Positions 1 to 9,213 of a DNA stretch of 64,000 bases are shown piece after piece. The translations under genes and the position numbers were made by a program. The stretch comes from Candidatus Brocadiia bacterium (GTDB lineage Bacteria; Planctomycetota; PUPC01; DSUN01). The DNA lies in assembly GCA_046538415.1 (NCBI GenBank), contig JBKHIY010000013.1:747-64746 (forward strand), given 5' to 3'. Under the pieces are notes generated by a model. The model had not been told where the DNA came from. It saw only the letters and a list, made by a program, of their open reading frames with translations, and searched no databases. The number at the start of each line of letters is the position of its first letter. Position 1 is the stretch's first letter.

Positions 1-403
1 GGCCTATGGCCTGGGCGGTGGCGAAGGCGCTGGCGGTGTTGACCTCGAGGGTGCGGGCCAGCTGGTCGAGGCCCACCTCTTCGGCGGGTGCCCGCAGGTT
101 GATGCCCGCGGCGTAGAGGAGCACGTCGAGGGTTCCCAGGGCGCCCTCGGCGTCGGCCACTACGGCCTCGCAGTCGGCGGGCCGGGCGAGATCGGCGGGT
201 CGGACGAAGGTCCTGGCGCCGGCCTCTCGGACCTCGGCGGCGGCGGCCTCGAGGTCGTCCTGGGAGCGGGCCACGAGGGCCACGTCGGCGCCCGCCTGGG
301 CGAGGGCGAGGGCGCAGGCCCTGCCGATGCCCCGGCTGGCGCCGGTGACCAGGGCGTGGCGGCCTGCGAGGCGGAAGCGGTCGAGGACCGGGGCGTCGTG
401 GCC
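1..403 (-). CDS. SDR family NAD(P)-dependent oxidoreductase; the C-terminal part runs off the window edge
   Basis: Reverse-strand translation from the ATG at 403 reads MGHDAPVLDRFRLAGRHALVTGASRGIGRACALALAQAGADVALVARS... The TGxxxGIG Rossmann motif is typical of short-chain dehydrogenases. The ORF continues past position 1. Confidence 0.7.
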
Positions 404-415
404 CATGGGCGGCTC

Positions 416-1468
416 TCAGGTGCGTTCCCAGGGCGGGCTTTCGGGCAGGTGGGCCTGGAAGTCGTGGATGAGCTTGGTCTCGTAGTCGCCGGCGTAGTCC
501 TCGGCGAGGAACTTGTCGATGGCTTCCTTGAAGAACCGCTCCCAGCTCTGCTCCTCGTGGCCGGGGTTGACGGGGAAGAAGAGGGCCTGGTTGGCCCGTG
601 CGGCCTTGAGGTCGCCGGGGGCGTCGCCGACCATGAGGACGTGGCCCTGGGGGTATCGCTGTCCGATCTCGGCGACGCTGCCCTTCCCGTCGAGCTTTCC
701 GCCGCAGGCGAGGCCGATGTGCTCGGCCTTCTTGCCCTGCTCCTGGCCGCAGATGATGGCGGCGTATCGAGCGATGTCGTGCTCCTCCCACTCGCGGGTG
801 AGGGCCTCGAAGGGGGTGGCGGAGACGCAGATGATGTCGGCCTTGGGGGCCAGCTTCTCGAGGCTTTCGCACACGTGGGGGAAGGGGGGCACGTCGCGCA
901 CGCGGAGGGCGACGAGGGCGTTGACCAGGTGGGTCCAGTAGATGAGACGCACGAGGCAGCTCTGGGGGTCGGTGGGCGCGTCGGTGACCTCTCGGCCCAT
1001 GGGCGAGGTGGCCACGGCCACGGGGTCGGCGACGACGCAGCGTGCGAGCAGCTCGGCGGGCGGGGTATCGAGCTTCTCGCCGGCGAACAGCAGGAGCCCC
1101 TGGTTGCTCAGGTGGACGTCCTCGCGTTCGTCGGCGGCCTGGATGAACTCGCGGATCACGTCCAGGTGGGCCTCCAGGAAGGGCTGGAACCGCTCGTAGG
1201 GCGAAAGCTCGATGAGGTACTGGAAGGTGTCGCGGAGCGCCAGCCAGCGGTTGCACCCGCGGGTCGTGCCGTTGAGGTTCACGAAGTCCCACACGTCCCT
1301 CAGGATGCGTGCCAGGGCGGCCAGGCCGTATGCGTGGAGCACGGCCACGACGAAGCAGAACTTGTGCTTGACCTCCATGGTGTCGAAGGTGCAGCCGTCG
1401 CTGTCGATGCAGACCAGGAAGTCGTGCTGCGGCTCGAAGGCCTTGAGCTGCGCTTGCGGGTCGGCCAT
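416..1468 (-). CDS. HAD-like hydrolase or phosphatase, tentative
   Basis: A 350-aa ORF. The N-terminus FLVCIDSDGCTFD resembles HAD motif I (hhhDxDG). No other family signature was recognised. Confidence 0.35.
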   Translation of the reverse strand: MADPQAQLKAFEPQHDFLVCIDSDGCTFDTMEVKHKFCFVVAVLHAYGLAALARILRDVWDFVNLNGTTRGCNRWLALRDTFQYLIELSPYERFQPFLEAHLDVIREFIQAADEREDVHLSNQGLLLFAGEKLDTPPAELLARCVVADPVAVATSPMGREVTDAPTDPQSCLVRLIYWTHLVNALVALRVRDVPPFPHVCESLEKLAPKADIICVSATPFEALTREWEEHDIARYAAIICGQEQGKKAEHIGLACGGKLDGKGSVAEIGQRYPQGHVLMVGDAPGDLKAARANQALFFPVNPGHEEQSWERFFKEAIDKFLAEDYAGDYETKLIHDFQAHLPESPPWERT

Positions 1469-1505
1469 TGGACGGGTCTCCTAAGCTGTGAAAGGATGCT
1501 GCGGG

Positions 1506-2381
1506 TCACACGCCGCTGAAGGCGGAGAAGCCGCCGTCGATGGGCACCACCACGCCGTGGACGAATCGCGCCGCGGGGGAGAGCAGCCACACGATGGTGC
1601 CCACCAGGTCGGCGGGCACGCCGAAGCGTCCCATGGGGGTGTGGTCGAGGATGGTGCGGCCGCGCTCGGAGAGCTCCGCCGCGCACTCGCCCGTCTCGGG
1701 GTCCACGTCCGCCTCGTAGTCCCTCTCGGTATCGTAGAGCAGGGAGTGGTTCTGGATGGTATGGAAGAAGCCCGGGGCGATGGCGTTGACGCGGATGGCG
1801 GGGCCGAAATGCTGGGACATGTAGACGGCCAGCCACTGGGTGAAGTTGCTCACCGCGGCCTTGGCCGCGGAGTAGGCCACGACGCGGGTGAGGGGGGTGA
1901 AGGCGCACATCGAGGAGGTATTGAGCACCACCCCTTCGTTTCGCTGGGCGAGGTATTTGCCCAGCACCTGGCAGGGCAGGAGGGTGCCGATGCAGTTGAG
2001 CTCGAAGACCCATCGCATGGCGTCCGGGGGGATGTCGAAGAAGGGCATCTGGTCGGTGGCGGTGGCCCGCGGGTTGTTCCCGCCGGCGCCGTTGATGAGG
2101 AAGTCGATCTGTCCGAAGCGGTCGAGGACGGCGTCGCGGGCGGCCTCGATGCTCTCGCGGTCGAGCACGTCGCAGACCACGGGAAGGGCCTCGCCGCCGG
2201 CCTGGGCCACGGCCCGGGTCACCTCGGCGGCGGCCTCCTCGCGAATGTCGAGCACCGCCACCTGGACGCCCAGGCGGGCCAGGGCCGCGGAGATGGCGCT
2301 GTAGAGCACGCCGCCTCCGCCGGTGATCACCGCCACCTTGCCGTCGATGCCGAAGAGGTCGCGCAGCGGGTCGTCAGCCAT
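1506..2381 (-). CDS. SDR family oxidoreductase, resembling the UxuB-type fructuronate/mannonate reductase
   Basis: 291 aa. GKVAVITGGGGVLYSAISAALARLGVQV gives the Rossmann motif. The catalytic YxxxK (YSAAK) and a NAIAPG motif are present. The size and C-terminal extension fit SDR-type hexuronate reductases. It is adjacent to the UxaE-like gene. Confidence 0.7.
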   Translation of the reverse strand: MADDPLRDLFGIDGKVAVITGGGGVLYSAISAALARLGVQVAVLDIREEAAAEVTRAVAQAGGEALPVVCDVLDRESIEAARDAVLDRFGQIDFLINGAGGNNPRATATDQMPFFDIPPDAMRWVFELNCIGTLLPCQVLGKYLAQRNEGVVLNTSSMCAFTPLTRVVAYSAAKAAVSNFTQWLAVYMSQHFGPAIRVNAIAPGFFHTIQNHSLLYDTERDYEADVDPETGECAAELSERGRTILDHTPMGRFGVPADLVGTIVWLLSPAARFVHGVVVPIDGGFSAFSGV

Positions 2382-2384
2382 CGG

Positions 2385-3962
2385 TCATCCTTTCGCCAGG
2401 GGCTCGATGTGTCGTCCCAGGTGGCGCTGGAGGGCTCGCGTATAGGAGTCCTCGTTGCGGCGCAGGGCCTCGAGCAGTCGGTCGCGGAACCGCGGCTCGC
2501 CGCCCTCGGCCTCGGCGTTGAGCACGGAGCCGTAGGTCACGTGGAGCACCTGGCGGGCGTGGAAGTCGTCGAGGACGCTCTCCAGCTCGCCGTCATCGAG
2601 GTGCGAGGTGCGGGGCACCTGGCCGAGGGAGGCGGAGACGTGGTAGGTGGCCCGGTCGTCCTCGTAGCGCTCGCAGGCGAAGTCGAGCACCTCCCGCAGC
2701 AGGTCGGGGGCCACGCGGCCCACGGTGCGGAGGGCCTCCAGGTAGCTGGTGCCCGCGGTCTTCACGTGCAGGAGGTCGCCGGCCAGCCGCGCGGCGAGGG
2801 GGTAGACGGCGAACTTGTCGCTGCCCGAGTGGATGCTCAGCTTATAGGGGCCCAGGGCGCGGGCGATGGCCGCGTGCTGGGCGAAGGAGCGCTCGAAGGC
2901 CCCCAGGTCGCCCTGGAAGTCCACCCCCTTCTCGAACCGTCCCTCGAAGCGGGGCGCCAGGCTCACCCAGCTCACGCCCAGCCGCCTGAGCTCCCGGGCC
3001 ACGAGGTAGTGCTCCTGGGGCGTGGTGGGTGTGGCCGTCTCGTCGACCGACACCTCGAGCTCGACGGCCCGCTCGCCGGCCCGCTCGGCCAGGTGGCGTG
3101 CGAGCATGGCGGTGTGGGCCACCGCGGCCCCGTACTTCACCGCGGCCCGCATCAGCGCCTCCTCGTCCAGCTCGACGACCAGGTCGCCCTCGACGTGGGC
3201 GGGCCGGTCGGCGTAGGCGGCGATGCAGTCGTCGGGCGAGCTCTCGAGGGCGTCCCAGGGCAGGTTGCGGAAGGCCTGGACGAGCGGCTCGGGCGGCAGC
3301 TCGGCGGCCCCGTCGTCCACGTGGTCGCCGGGGTCGATGGTGAAGAGGGTGAAGCCGGCGTCCAGGCAGCGGTCCACGTCGCCGAGGGTCTTCAGGTGGT
3401 CGGCGTCGGCGCCGTGGGGCTCGCGCCAGCCCTCCTGGAGGAGGCCCCAGGTGGCATCGTCGAGCACGTCGGGGGGCGTCCGCCCGGTGCGGGTCATCTC
3501 CCGGACCGACTGCTGTGCGAAGACGGGCCGCAGGCCGCTGCCGCGCACGGCGCGGACGTGGCCGGGGGTGGCCAGGCCCAGGCGGTCGCCGAGGCCGAAG
3601 GAGCGGTCGAGGCCGAGGCAGCAGGGCTGGAGAAAGGGCAGGTGGCGGCGCAGCGCCGCCGCGTTGCCATGGGTGCGCCGGCAGAGCTTGATGGCCACCT
3701 CGACCCCCGCCAGCTCCCTGGTCTCCACCGTGCCCTCGAAAGCCTCGGCGGCGGGGGGAGGCGAGGCGGCGTCGTAGGCCACGCCCAGGTGCTTGTCGTA
3801 GGCGCTGCGGGCCAGGAAGTAGATCGCCCGGTCGGCCCCCGCGATGGACGGCTCGCAGACCTCCATCTCCACCGCCCCCGAGAGCAGGCCGGCCAGCCGT
3901 TGCGGACGGTCCACCGGCGGGGCGAGGCCGTGGGTGACGAGCAGAAGCTGCAACTCGTGCAT
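2385..3962 (-). CDS. Tagaturonate/fructuronate epimerase (UxaE)-like protein, tentative
   Basis: A 525-aa soluble protein. Its size and sequence character fit the UxaE family, and it sits next to an SDR reductase, as in hexuronate utilisation modules. This rests on recall only. Confidence 0.4.
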   Translation of the reverse strand: MHELQLLLVTHGLAPPVDRPQRLAGLLSGAVEMEVCEPSIAGADRAIYFLARSAYDKHLGVAYDAASPPPAAEAFEGTVETRELAGVEVAIKLCRRTHGNAAALRRHLPFLQPCCLGLDRSFGLGDRLGLATPGHVRAVRGSGLRPVFAQQSVREMTRTGRTPPDVLDDATWGLLQEGWREPHGADADHLKTLGDVDRCLDAGFTLFTIDPGDHVDDGAAELPPEPLVQAFRNLPWDALESSPDDCIAAYADRPAHVEGDLVVELDEEALMRAAVKYGAAVAHTAMLARHLAERAGERAVELEVSVDETATPTTPQEHYLVARELRRLGVSWVSLAPRFEGRFEKGVDFQGDLGAFERSFAQHAAIARALGPYKLSIHSGSDKFAVYPLAARLAGDLLHVKTAGTSYLEALRTVGRVAPDLLREVLDFACERYEDDRATYHVSASLGQVPRTSHLDDGELESVLDDFHARQVLHVTYGSVLNAEAEGGEPRFRDRLLEALRRNEDSYTRALQRHLGRHIEPLAKG

Positions 3963-4144
3963 GGCAGGACACCGAACGCGAGGCGAAAGCAGCGGTCTCC
4001 ACGGGAATGGGTGCTATTCTAGCCAGCGGGCCATGGAAGTCAAGTCGCCGCGCCGGCGGCCCGGCCAGGGGCGCGTTGACTCGGTCCCCGCGGACCGCTA
4101 TAGTGGCCCCGTAGGCCACAACAAGAGGAAAGGAGCGCTGCCTC

Positions 4145-4951
4145 ATGGTGCGAGCCATCATCAACGGCGCCGGGGGACGGATGGGCCGGCGGCTGGTGGC
4201 CCTGGCCGCCGAGGATGCGCGGTTCCAGGTGGTGGGGGCCTTCGAGAAGCCCGGCCACCCCCGCCTGGGCGCCGACGCGGGGGTTCTGGCGGGCGTCGGC
4301 GAGCTGGGCATCGAGCTGAGCGAGCGGCGCGACGTCGAGGCCGACGTGGCCGTCGACTTCTCCCACGCCGACGCGGCCCTGGAGATGATCGACTGGTCCG
4401 CCGCCCGGGGCATCCCCGTGGTGGTGGGCACCACCGGCCTGGGCGACGAGGGCGCCCGGCGCGTGGCCGCCGCCGCACAGCGCATCCCTTGCCTCCTGGC
4501 ACCCAACATGAGCCTGGGCATCAACCTCCTGTGCCGCGTGGCCGCCCAGGTGGCCCAGGCCCTGGGCGAGGGCTACGACGTGGAGATCATCGAGGCCCAC
4601 CACAACAAGAAAAAAGACGCGCCCAGCGGCACCGCCCTGGCCCTCGGCCAGTGCGTGGCCACGGCCCTGGGGCGCGAGCTGGCCGATGCCGCTGTCCACG
4701 GTCGCCAGGGCATGGTGGGCGAGCGGGGACGGGCCGAGATCGGCTTCCACGCCGTGCGGGCCGGCGACATGGTGGGCGAGCACACGGTGCTCTTCGGCGG
4801 GCAGGGCGAGCGGGTGGAGCTGCGGCACGTGGCGACCAGCCGCGACACCTTCGTCCGCGGCGCCCTGCGAGCCGCCGCCTTCCTGGCCGGCAAGCCCCCG
4901 GGGACCTACGGCATGCCCGACGTGCTGGGCCTCTCGGGCGGCGGAGAATGA
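4145..4951 (+). CDS. dapB: 4-hydroxy-tetrahydrodipicolinate reductase
   Basis: 268 aa. The N-terminal dinucleotide-binding motif is INGAGGRMGR. The C-terminal region EAHHNKKKDAPSGTA is the hallmark of DapB. Confidence 0.9.
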   Translation: MVRAIINGAGGRMGRRLVALAAEDARFQVVGAFEKPGHPRLGADAGVLAGVGELGIELSERRDVEADVAVDFSHADAALEMIDWSAARGIPVVVGTTGLGDEGARRVAAAAQRIPCLLAPNMSLGINLLCRVAAQVAQALGEGYDVEIIEAHHNKKKDAPSGTALALGQCVATALGRELADAAVHGRQGMVGERGRAEIGFHAVRAGDMVGEHTVLFGGQGERVELRHVATSRDTFVRGALRAAAFLAGKPPGTYGMPDVLGLSGGGE

Positions 4952-5036
4952 GCCCTAAGGTTTGTGGTTGACAGCACGTAGAGGTCGCCTATAATCGGGC
5001 ATGACCCGAATCGACGTCACTGCAAGAGGGGCACTC

Positions 5037-6416
5037 ATGGGCAACTACGACGTCGTAGTGGTAGGCTCCGGGCCGGGAGGCTACGTGGCCGCGCTGCGCG
5101 CCGCACAACTGGGAGGGAAGACCTGCGTCGTCGAGCGCGACGCCCTGGGCGGGGTGTGCCTGAACCGGGGCTGCATCCCCACCAAGGCCCTGGCCCACAC
5201 CGCCGAAGTCCTCTCCATGGCCCGGGAGGGCGAGGAGCTGGGCATCGTGGCCCAGCAGGTCGCCGTGGACTTCCCCAGGGCGATGGCCAACAAGGACGCC
5301 GTGGTCGAGAAGCTCACCAAGGGCGTGGGCTTCCTGCTCCAGCGGGCCGGGGTCGACGTGGTGGAGGGCAGGGGACGGCTGGCAGGGCGGGGCAAGGTCG
5401 CCGTGGCCACTCCCGAGGGCGACGAGCAGACCCTCGAGGCCGCCAAGATCATCCTGGCCACGGGCTCCGAGCCCGCCAGGCCGCAGTGGGTGTCGTTCGA
5501 CAGCGACCGCGTGCTCACCAGCGACGAGGCCCTGGCCCTGGAGGCCCTGCCGCAGAGCATGGTGGTGCTGGGCGGGGGCTACATCGGCTGCGAGTTCGCC
5601 TCCATCTTCGCCCAGTTCGGCACCCAGGTGACCCTGGTGGAGATGCTGGAGGGGCTGCTGCCCACCCTCGACCCCGACGTGGGGCCGGCGATCGCCAAGG
5701 CCCTCAAGAAGCGCAAGGTGAAGGTCCACCTGGGGACCAAGGTGGAGTCCATGGAGTCCGGGCAGAACGGCGTGAAGGCCGCGCTATCGAACGACCAGAG
5801 CGTGGAGGCCGAGGTGGCCCTGGTGTGCGTGGGCCGCCGGCCCCTCAGCGAGGGCCTGGGCCTCGAGGAGGCCGGGGTGCAGGTGGACGAGGGGGCCATC
5901 GTCGTCGACTCCCACTGCGAGACGTCCACGCCCGGCATCTATGCCATCGGCGACGTCACGGGCAAGCTGCTGCTCGCCCACGTGGCCTCGGCCCAGGGCA
6001 TCGTGGCCGCCGAGCACGCCATGGGCCAGGAGGCCACGATGGACTACCGGTGCGTGCCCGCCGCGGTGTTCACCCAGCCCGAGGCGGCCACCGTGGGCCT
6101 CACCGAGGCGCAGGCCGGCGAGGCCGGCTACCGGCCCAAGGCCGCCGCATTCCCCCTCCAGGCCCTGGGCCGCGCCGTGGCCATGGGCCAGACCGCCGGC
6201 TTCGCCAAGGTGGTGGGCGACGAGGAGACGGGCCAGGTGCTGGGCCTCCACCTCGTCGGGCCCCACGCCTCCGACGTCATCGCCGAGGGGGCCATGGCCG
6301 TGGCACTGGAAGCTACCATGGACGAACTGGCCCGCACGGTGCACGCCCATCCCACCCTGCCCGAGGCGGTGATGGAGGCGGCCCGGGCGTGGCTCGGCCA
6401 GGGCATCCACGCCTGA
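5037..6416 (+). CDS. lpdA: Dihydrolipoyl dehydrogenase (E3)
   Basis: The FAD motif is YDVVVVGSGPGGY. The redox disulfide is GGVCLNRGCIPTK. A second Rossmann motif is GGGYIGCEF, and the C-terminal dimerisation His-Pro motif is HAHPTLPE. The ORF track starts 12 codons earlier at 5001. The ATG at 5037 gives the canonical N-terminus. Confidence 0.9.
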   Translation: MGNYDVVVVGSGPGGYVAALRAAQLGGKTCVVERDALGGVCLNRGCIPTKALAHTAEVLSMAREGEELGIVAQQVAVDFPRAMANKDAVVEKLTKGVGFLLQRAGVDVVEGRGRLAGRGKVAVATPEGDEQTLEAAKIILATGSEPARPQWVSFDSDRVLTSDEALALEALPQSMVVLGGGYIGCEFASIFAQFGTQVTLVEMLEGLLPTLDPDVGPAIAKALKKRKVKVHLGTKVESMESGQNGVKAALSNDQSVEAEVALVCVGRRPLSEGLGLEEAGVQVDEGAIVVDSHCETSTPGIYAIGDVTGKLLLAHVASAQGIVAAEHAMGQEATMDYRCVPAAVFTQPEAATVGLTEAQAGEAGYRPKAAAFPLQALGRAVAMGQTAGFAKVVGDEETGQVLGLHLVGPHASDVIAEGAMAVALEATMDELARTVHAHPTLPEAVMEAARAWLGQGIHA

Positions 6417-6584
6417 GCCCCTGGCCCTCCCCGTTCCCCGTAAGCGTCGCTCCCGCCAGCCCGGCGGCCCGGGCCTGGGCCGGGCGGCACCCCGGGAGCC
6501 ACGGTCGGGGCCGGCAGGGGGCGTCCCGGGGCGGCCGGTTCCCTGGTCGAGGGGCTTGCGGCCCGAGGACGAGGAAGGTGGCGG

Positions 6585-7094
6585 GTGCGCTGGTTGCGGT
6601 TCGCTCTCGTGGCTCTCGTGGCGGTTCTGGCCCAGGTGACCGTGATGCGGGCCTGCGGGCCGCCGGCCAGGCGTCCCGACCTGGTGGTGGCCGTGCTGGT
6701 GGTCTTCGCCCTGGGGGTGCGGAAGGGCCAGGCGTTCGCCGCGGGGGGCCTGCTGGGCCTGGGGCGCGACCTGTTCACCGTCGAGCCCTTCGGCCTGGGC
6801 ATCGCCACGCTGGCCCTGCTGGGGCTGGGCCTGGCGTGGCTGCGGCCCAACGTCTTCGCCGACCACCCGGTGACCCACGCCATCCTGGGCTTCGTGTGCG
6901 CGGCGGCCTGCGGCGGGGTGTCGGCGCTGGCGGTGGCGGTGCAGGGCGGGGCGCCCTCGCTGGCCGCGGTGGGCAAGAGCCTGGCCCTGCGGGGCGCCGA
7001 GACGGCCCTGGTGGCGGGGCTGTTGGGCTGGCTGGTGTGGCGACGGGCGCGGTGGTTTGGGCTGCGTCCCCGGGTGGAGTTTCGGCATGTATAG
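6585..7094 (+). CDS. mreD: Rod shape-determining protein MreD
   Basis: 169-aa polytopic membrane protein with a GTG start after the Shine-Dalgarno GAGGAAGG. It lies immediately upstream of mrdA and rodA and overlaps mrdA by 8 nt. Confidence 0.6.
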   Translation: MRWLRFALVALVAVLAQVTVMRACGPPARRPDLVVAVLVVFALGVRKGQAFAAGGLLGLGRDLFTVEPFGLGIATLALLGLGLAWLRPNVFADHPVTHAILGFVCAAACGGVSALAVAVQGGAPSLAAVGKSLALRGAETALVAGLLGWLVWRRARWFGLRPRVEFRHV

Positions 7095-9213
7095 ATTTCG
7101 CGTCCGCGTGGTGCTGATCCTGATCTTCGGCGGCATGCTGATGGTCTCCACGCGGCTTTTCTACCTCCAGGTGGTGCGGGGGAGCCACTACCGGCACATT
7201 GCGGACAACGTGCGGCTCGACCAGCGGGAGACGGAGGCGAACCGGGGGCAGATCTTCGACTGCGACGGGGAGCGCCTGGCCTTCGACGCCCCCGCGTTCA
7301 ACCTCGCCCTGGCCCCCACCCGCCTGCCTCAGTGGCGGCGGCTGTGCCGCCCCGTGCTGGACCTCTATCGCCTGCGTCGCCGCGAGAGGGTGCTGTCGGT
7401 CGAGGAGGTGGAGATCGACGTCCAGCCCCTGGGCTCGGGCGGGCTGGAGGTGAGCTTCGAGGTGGCCGCCGCCTTCCTCCGCCGCAAGGGCACCGAGCTG
7501 GTCGAGCGCGACGAGCGCCACGGAGCCCGGTTCCGCGTGCCCGCCCCGGTGATGGCCCTGCTCGAGCGCCTGGCCGAGGCGGCCGTCCTGGGCAGGGGCG
7601 GGCTGGAGAGCCCGGACGAGGAGGCCGTGGCCGGGCCAGTGGCCATGGTGGAGGCCTTCATGGAGGGCCTGGCCCAGGTGGGCCGGGGCTGGCGGCGCCT
7701 GGGAAGCCCCTGCGTCGTGGCCCGCGACGTGGGCTTTGCCGCGGCGGCGGAAGTGGAGTCGCACCAGGCGGCCTACCCCGGCGTGCGCGTCGTCGTGTCC
7801 GCCAAGCGGGTCTATCCCTACAACCAGCGGGCCTGCCACCTGCTGGGCTACATGCAACAGGTCTCCGCCGGCGAGTACCGCCGGTGGCAGGAATCCTACG
7901 CGGGCAGCCCCGCCAAGCGGTTCCTGCCCGACGACGTGATCGGGCGAGCGGGCATCGAGCGGGCGCTCGACCCCCTGCTGCGGCCCGCACGGGGCGAGCA
8001 GCTGGTGGAGGTCGACGCCGCGCGGCGCACCCAGCAGATCCTCAGCGAGGTGCCCGCCGTGCCAGGGGCCGACGTCTACCTGACCATCGACCAGGACGTG
8101 CAGGCCCTGGCCGAGCGACTGCTCGAGGGCCACATCGGAGCCGTGGTGCTCCTGGAGGCCCGCAGCGGACGCATCCTGGCCATGGCCAGCCAGCCGGGCT
8201 TCGACCCCAACGAGATGCCTCGCCCCGTGGACCCCGAGCGGGCCGAGCTGGCCCCCCGGCTCAACCGCGCCACCCAGGGCGAATACCCCCTGGGCTCGGC
8301 CTTCAAGCTCCTGCTTGCCCAGGCCGCCCTGGAGGAGGGATGCTGGTTCCGCGAGATCACCTGCCGCGGCGAGTACCGGGGACACGAGTGCCACAACCAC
8401 CGCCTGCCCATGGTGGTGGACTTCCACAACGCCATCAAGCGCTCGTGCAACGTCTACTTCTACCGCACGGCCGAGCGGCTGGGCATCCACCGCATCGCCA
8501 AGTGGGCCTCGCGCTTCGGCCTCGGCCGGCCCACGGGGGTGGAGCTGCCGGTCGAGGGCGACGGCCTCCTGCCCACGGCCCAGTGGAAGTCCCGGCGCTT
8601 CGGCGAGGCCTGGTACCCGGGCGACACCCGCAACCTGGCCATCGGCCAGGGCTACCTGCTGGTCACTCCCCTCCAGGTGGCCCGCATGGTGGCCGCCCTG
8701 GCCAACGGTGGGCGCCTGGTGCGCCCCCGGCTGGTCGACAGGGTCGTCTACCCCGACGGCACCGAGGAGCCCTGGCGAGCGGGCGAGGAGGCGGCCGCCC
8801 TGGGCCTCTCGCCCTCCCGCCTGGCCATGCTCCACCGGGCCATGCGGGCCGTGTGCCACGAGCGGGGAGGCACCGGCTGGCGAGCCTGGTCGAGCAGCCA
8901 GAGCGGCACGCCCTGGATCGAGGAGCAGGGCTACGCGGTGGCGGGCAAGACGAGCACCGCCGACTGCCCCCTGCGGGGCCGGCGGAGCAACGTGGGCTGG
9001 TTCGTGGGCTTCGCCCCGGCGCGGGAGGCGCGGCTGGCCTTCGTGGTCGTCCTGGAGCACGAGGGCCAGCACCTGCACGGGGGCGACGTGGCGGCGCCCC
9101 TGGCCCGCCGCCTCCTGGCCGGCCTGCCCGAGCGCTACCTGGAGGGCGTGCCCGGCAAGCGGCGGCGCGAGGAGCGTCGCCAGCGCCTGGCGGCGAAAGG
9201 AGGGGGGCCATGA
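7087..9213 (+). CDS. mrdA: Peptidoglycan D,D-transpeptidase MrdA (PBP2)
   Basis: An N-terminal TM segment VVLILIFGGMLMVSTRLFYLQV is followed by a transpeptidase domain with an SxxK motif STFK-like (LGSAFKLL), SxN (KRSCN) and KTG (AGKTSTA). The stop overlaps the rodA ATG as ATGA. Confidence 0.85.
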   Translation: MYRFRVRVVLILIFGGMLMVSTRLFYLQVVRGSHYRHIADNVRLDQRETEANRGQIFDCDGERLAFDAPAFNLALAPTRLPQWRRLCRPVLDLYRLRRRERVLSVEEVEIDVQPLGSGGLEVSFEVAAAFLRRKGTELVERDERHGARFRVPAPVMALLERLAEAAVLGRGGLESPDEEAVAGPVAMVEAFMEGLAQVGRGWRRLGSPCVVARDVGFAAAAEVESHQAAYPGVRVVVSAKRVYPYNQRACHLLGYMQQVSAGEYRRWQESYAGSPAKRFLPDDVIGRAGIERALDPLLRPARGEQLVEVDAARRTQQILSEVPAVPGADVYLTIDQDVQALAERLLEGHIGAVVLLEARSGRILAMASQPGFDPNEMPRPVDPERAELAPRLNRATQGEYPLGSAFKLLLAQAALEEGCWFREITCRGEYRGHECHNHRLPMVVDFHNAIKRSCNVYFYRTAERLGIHRIAKWASRFGLGRPTGVELPVEGDGLLPTAQWKSRRFGEAWYPGDTRNLAIGQGYLLVTPLQVARMVAALANGGRLVRPRLVDRVVYPDGTEEPWRAGEEAAALGLSPSRLAMLHRAMRAVCHERGGTGWRAWSSSQSGTPWIEEQGYAVAGKTSTADCPLRGRRSNVGWFVGFAPAREARLAFVVVLEHEGQHLHGGDVAAPLARRLLAGLPERYLEGVPGKRRREERRQRLAAKGGGP

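Noticed and set aside
2842-4524. 560-aa Arg/Pro/Gly-rich ORF antisense to the UxaE-like and dapB region
   Set aside because: It is extreme low-complexity (RPRRG repeats), which is typical of off-frame translation of 70% GC DNA. It overlaps well-supported genes on the other strand.
5156-7117. 653-aa Gly/Arg/Pro-rich ORF in an alternate frame over lpdA and mreD
   Set aside because: It is an out-of-frame artefact. lpdA in frame +3 has all the canonical motifs.
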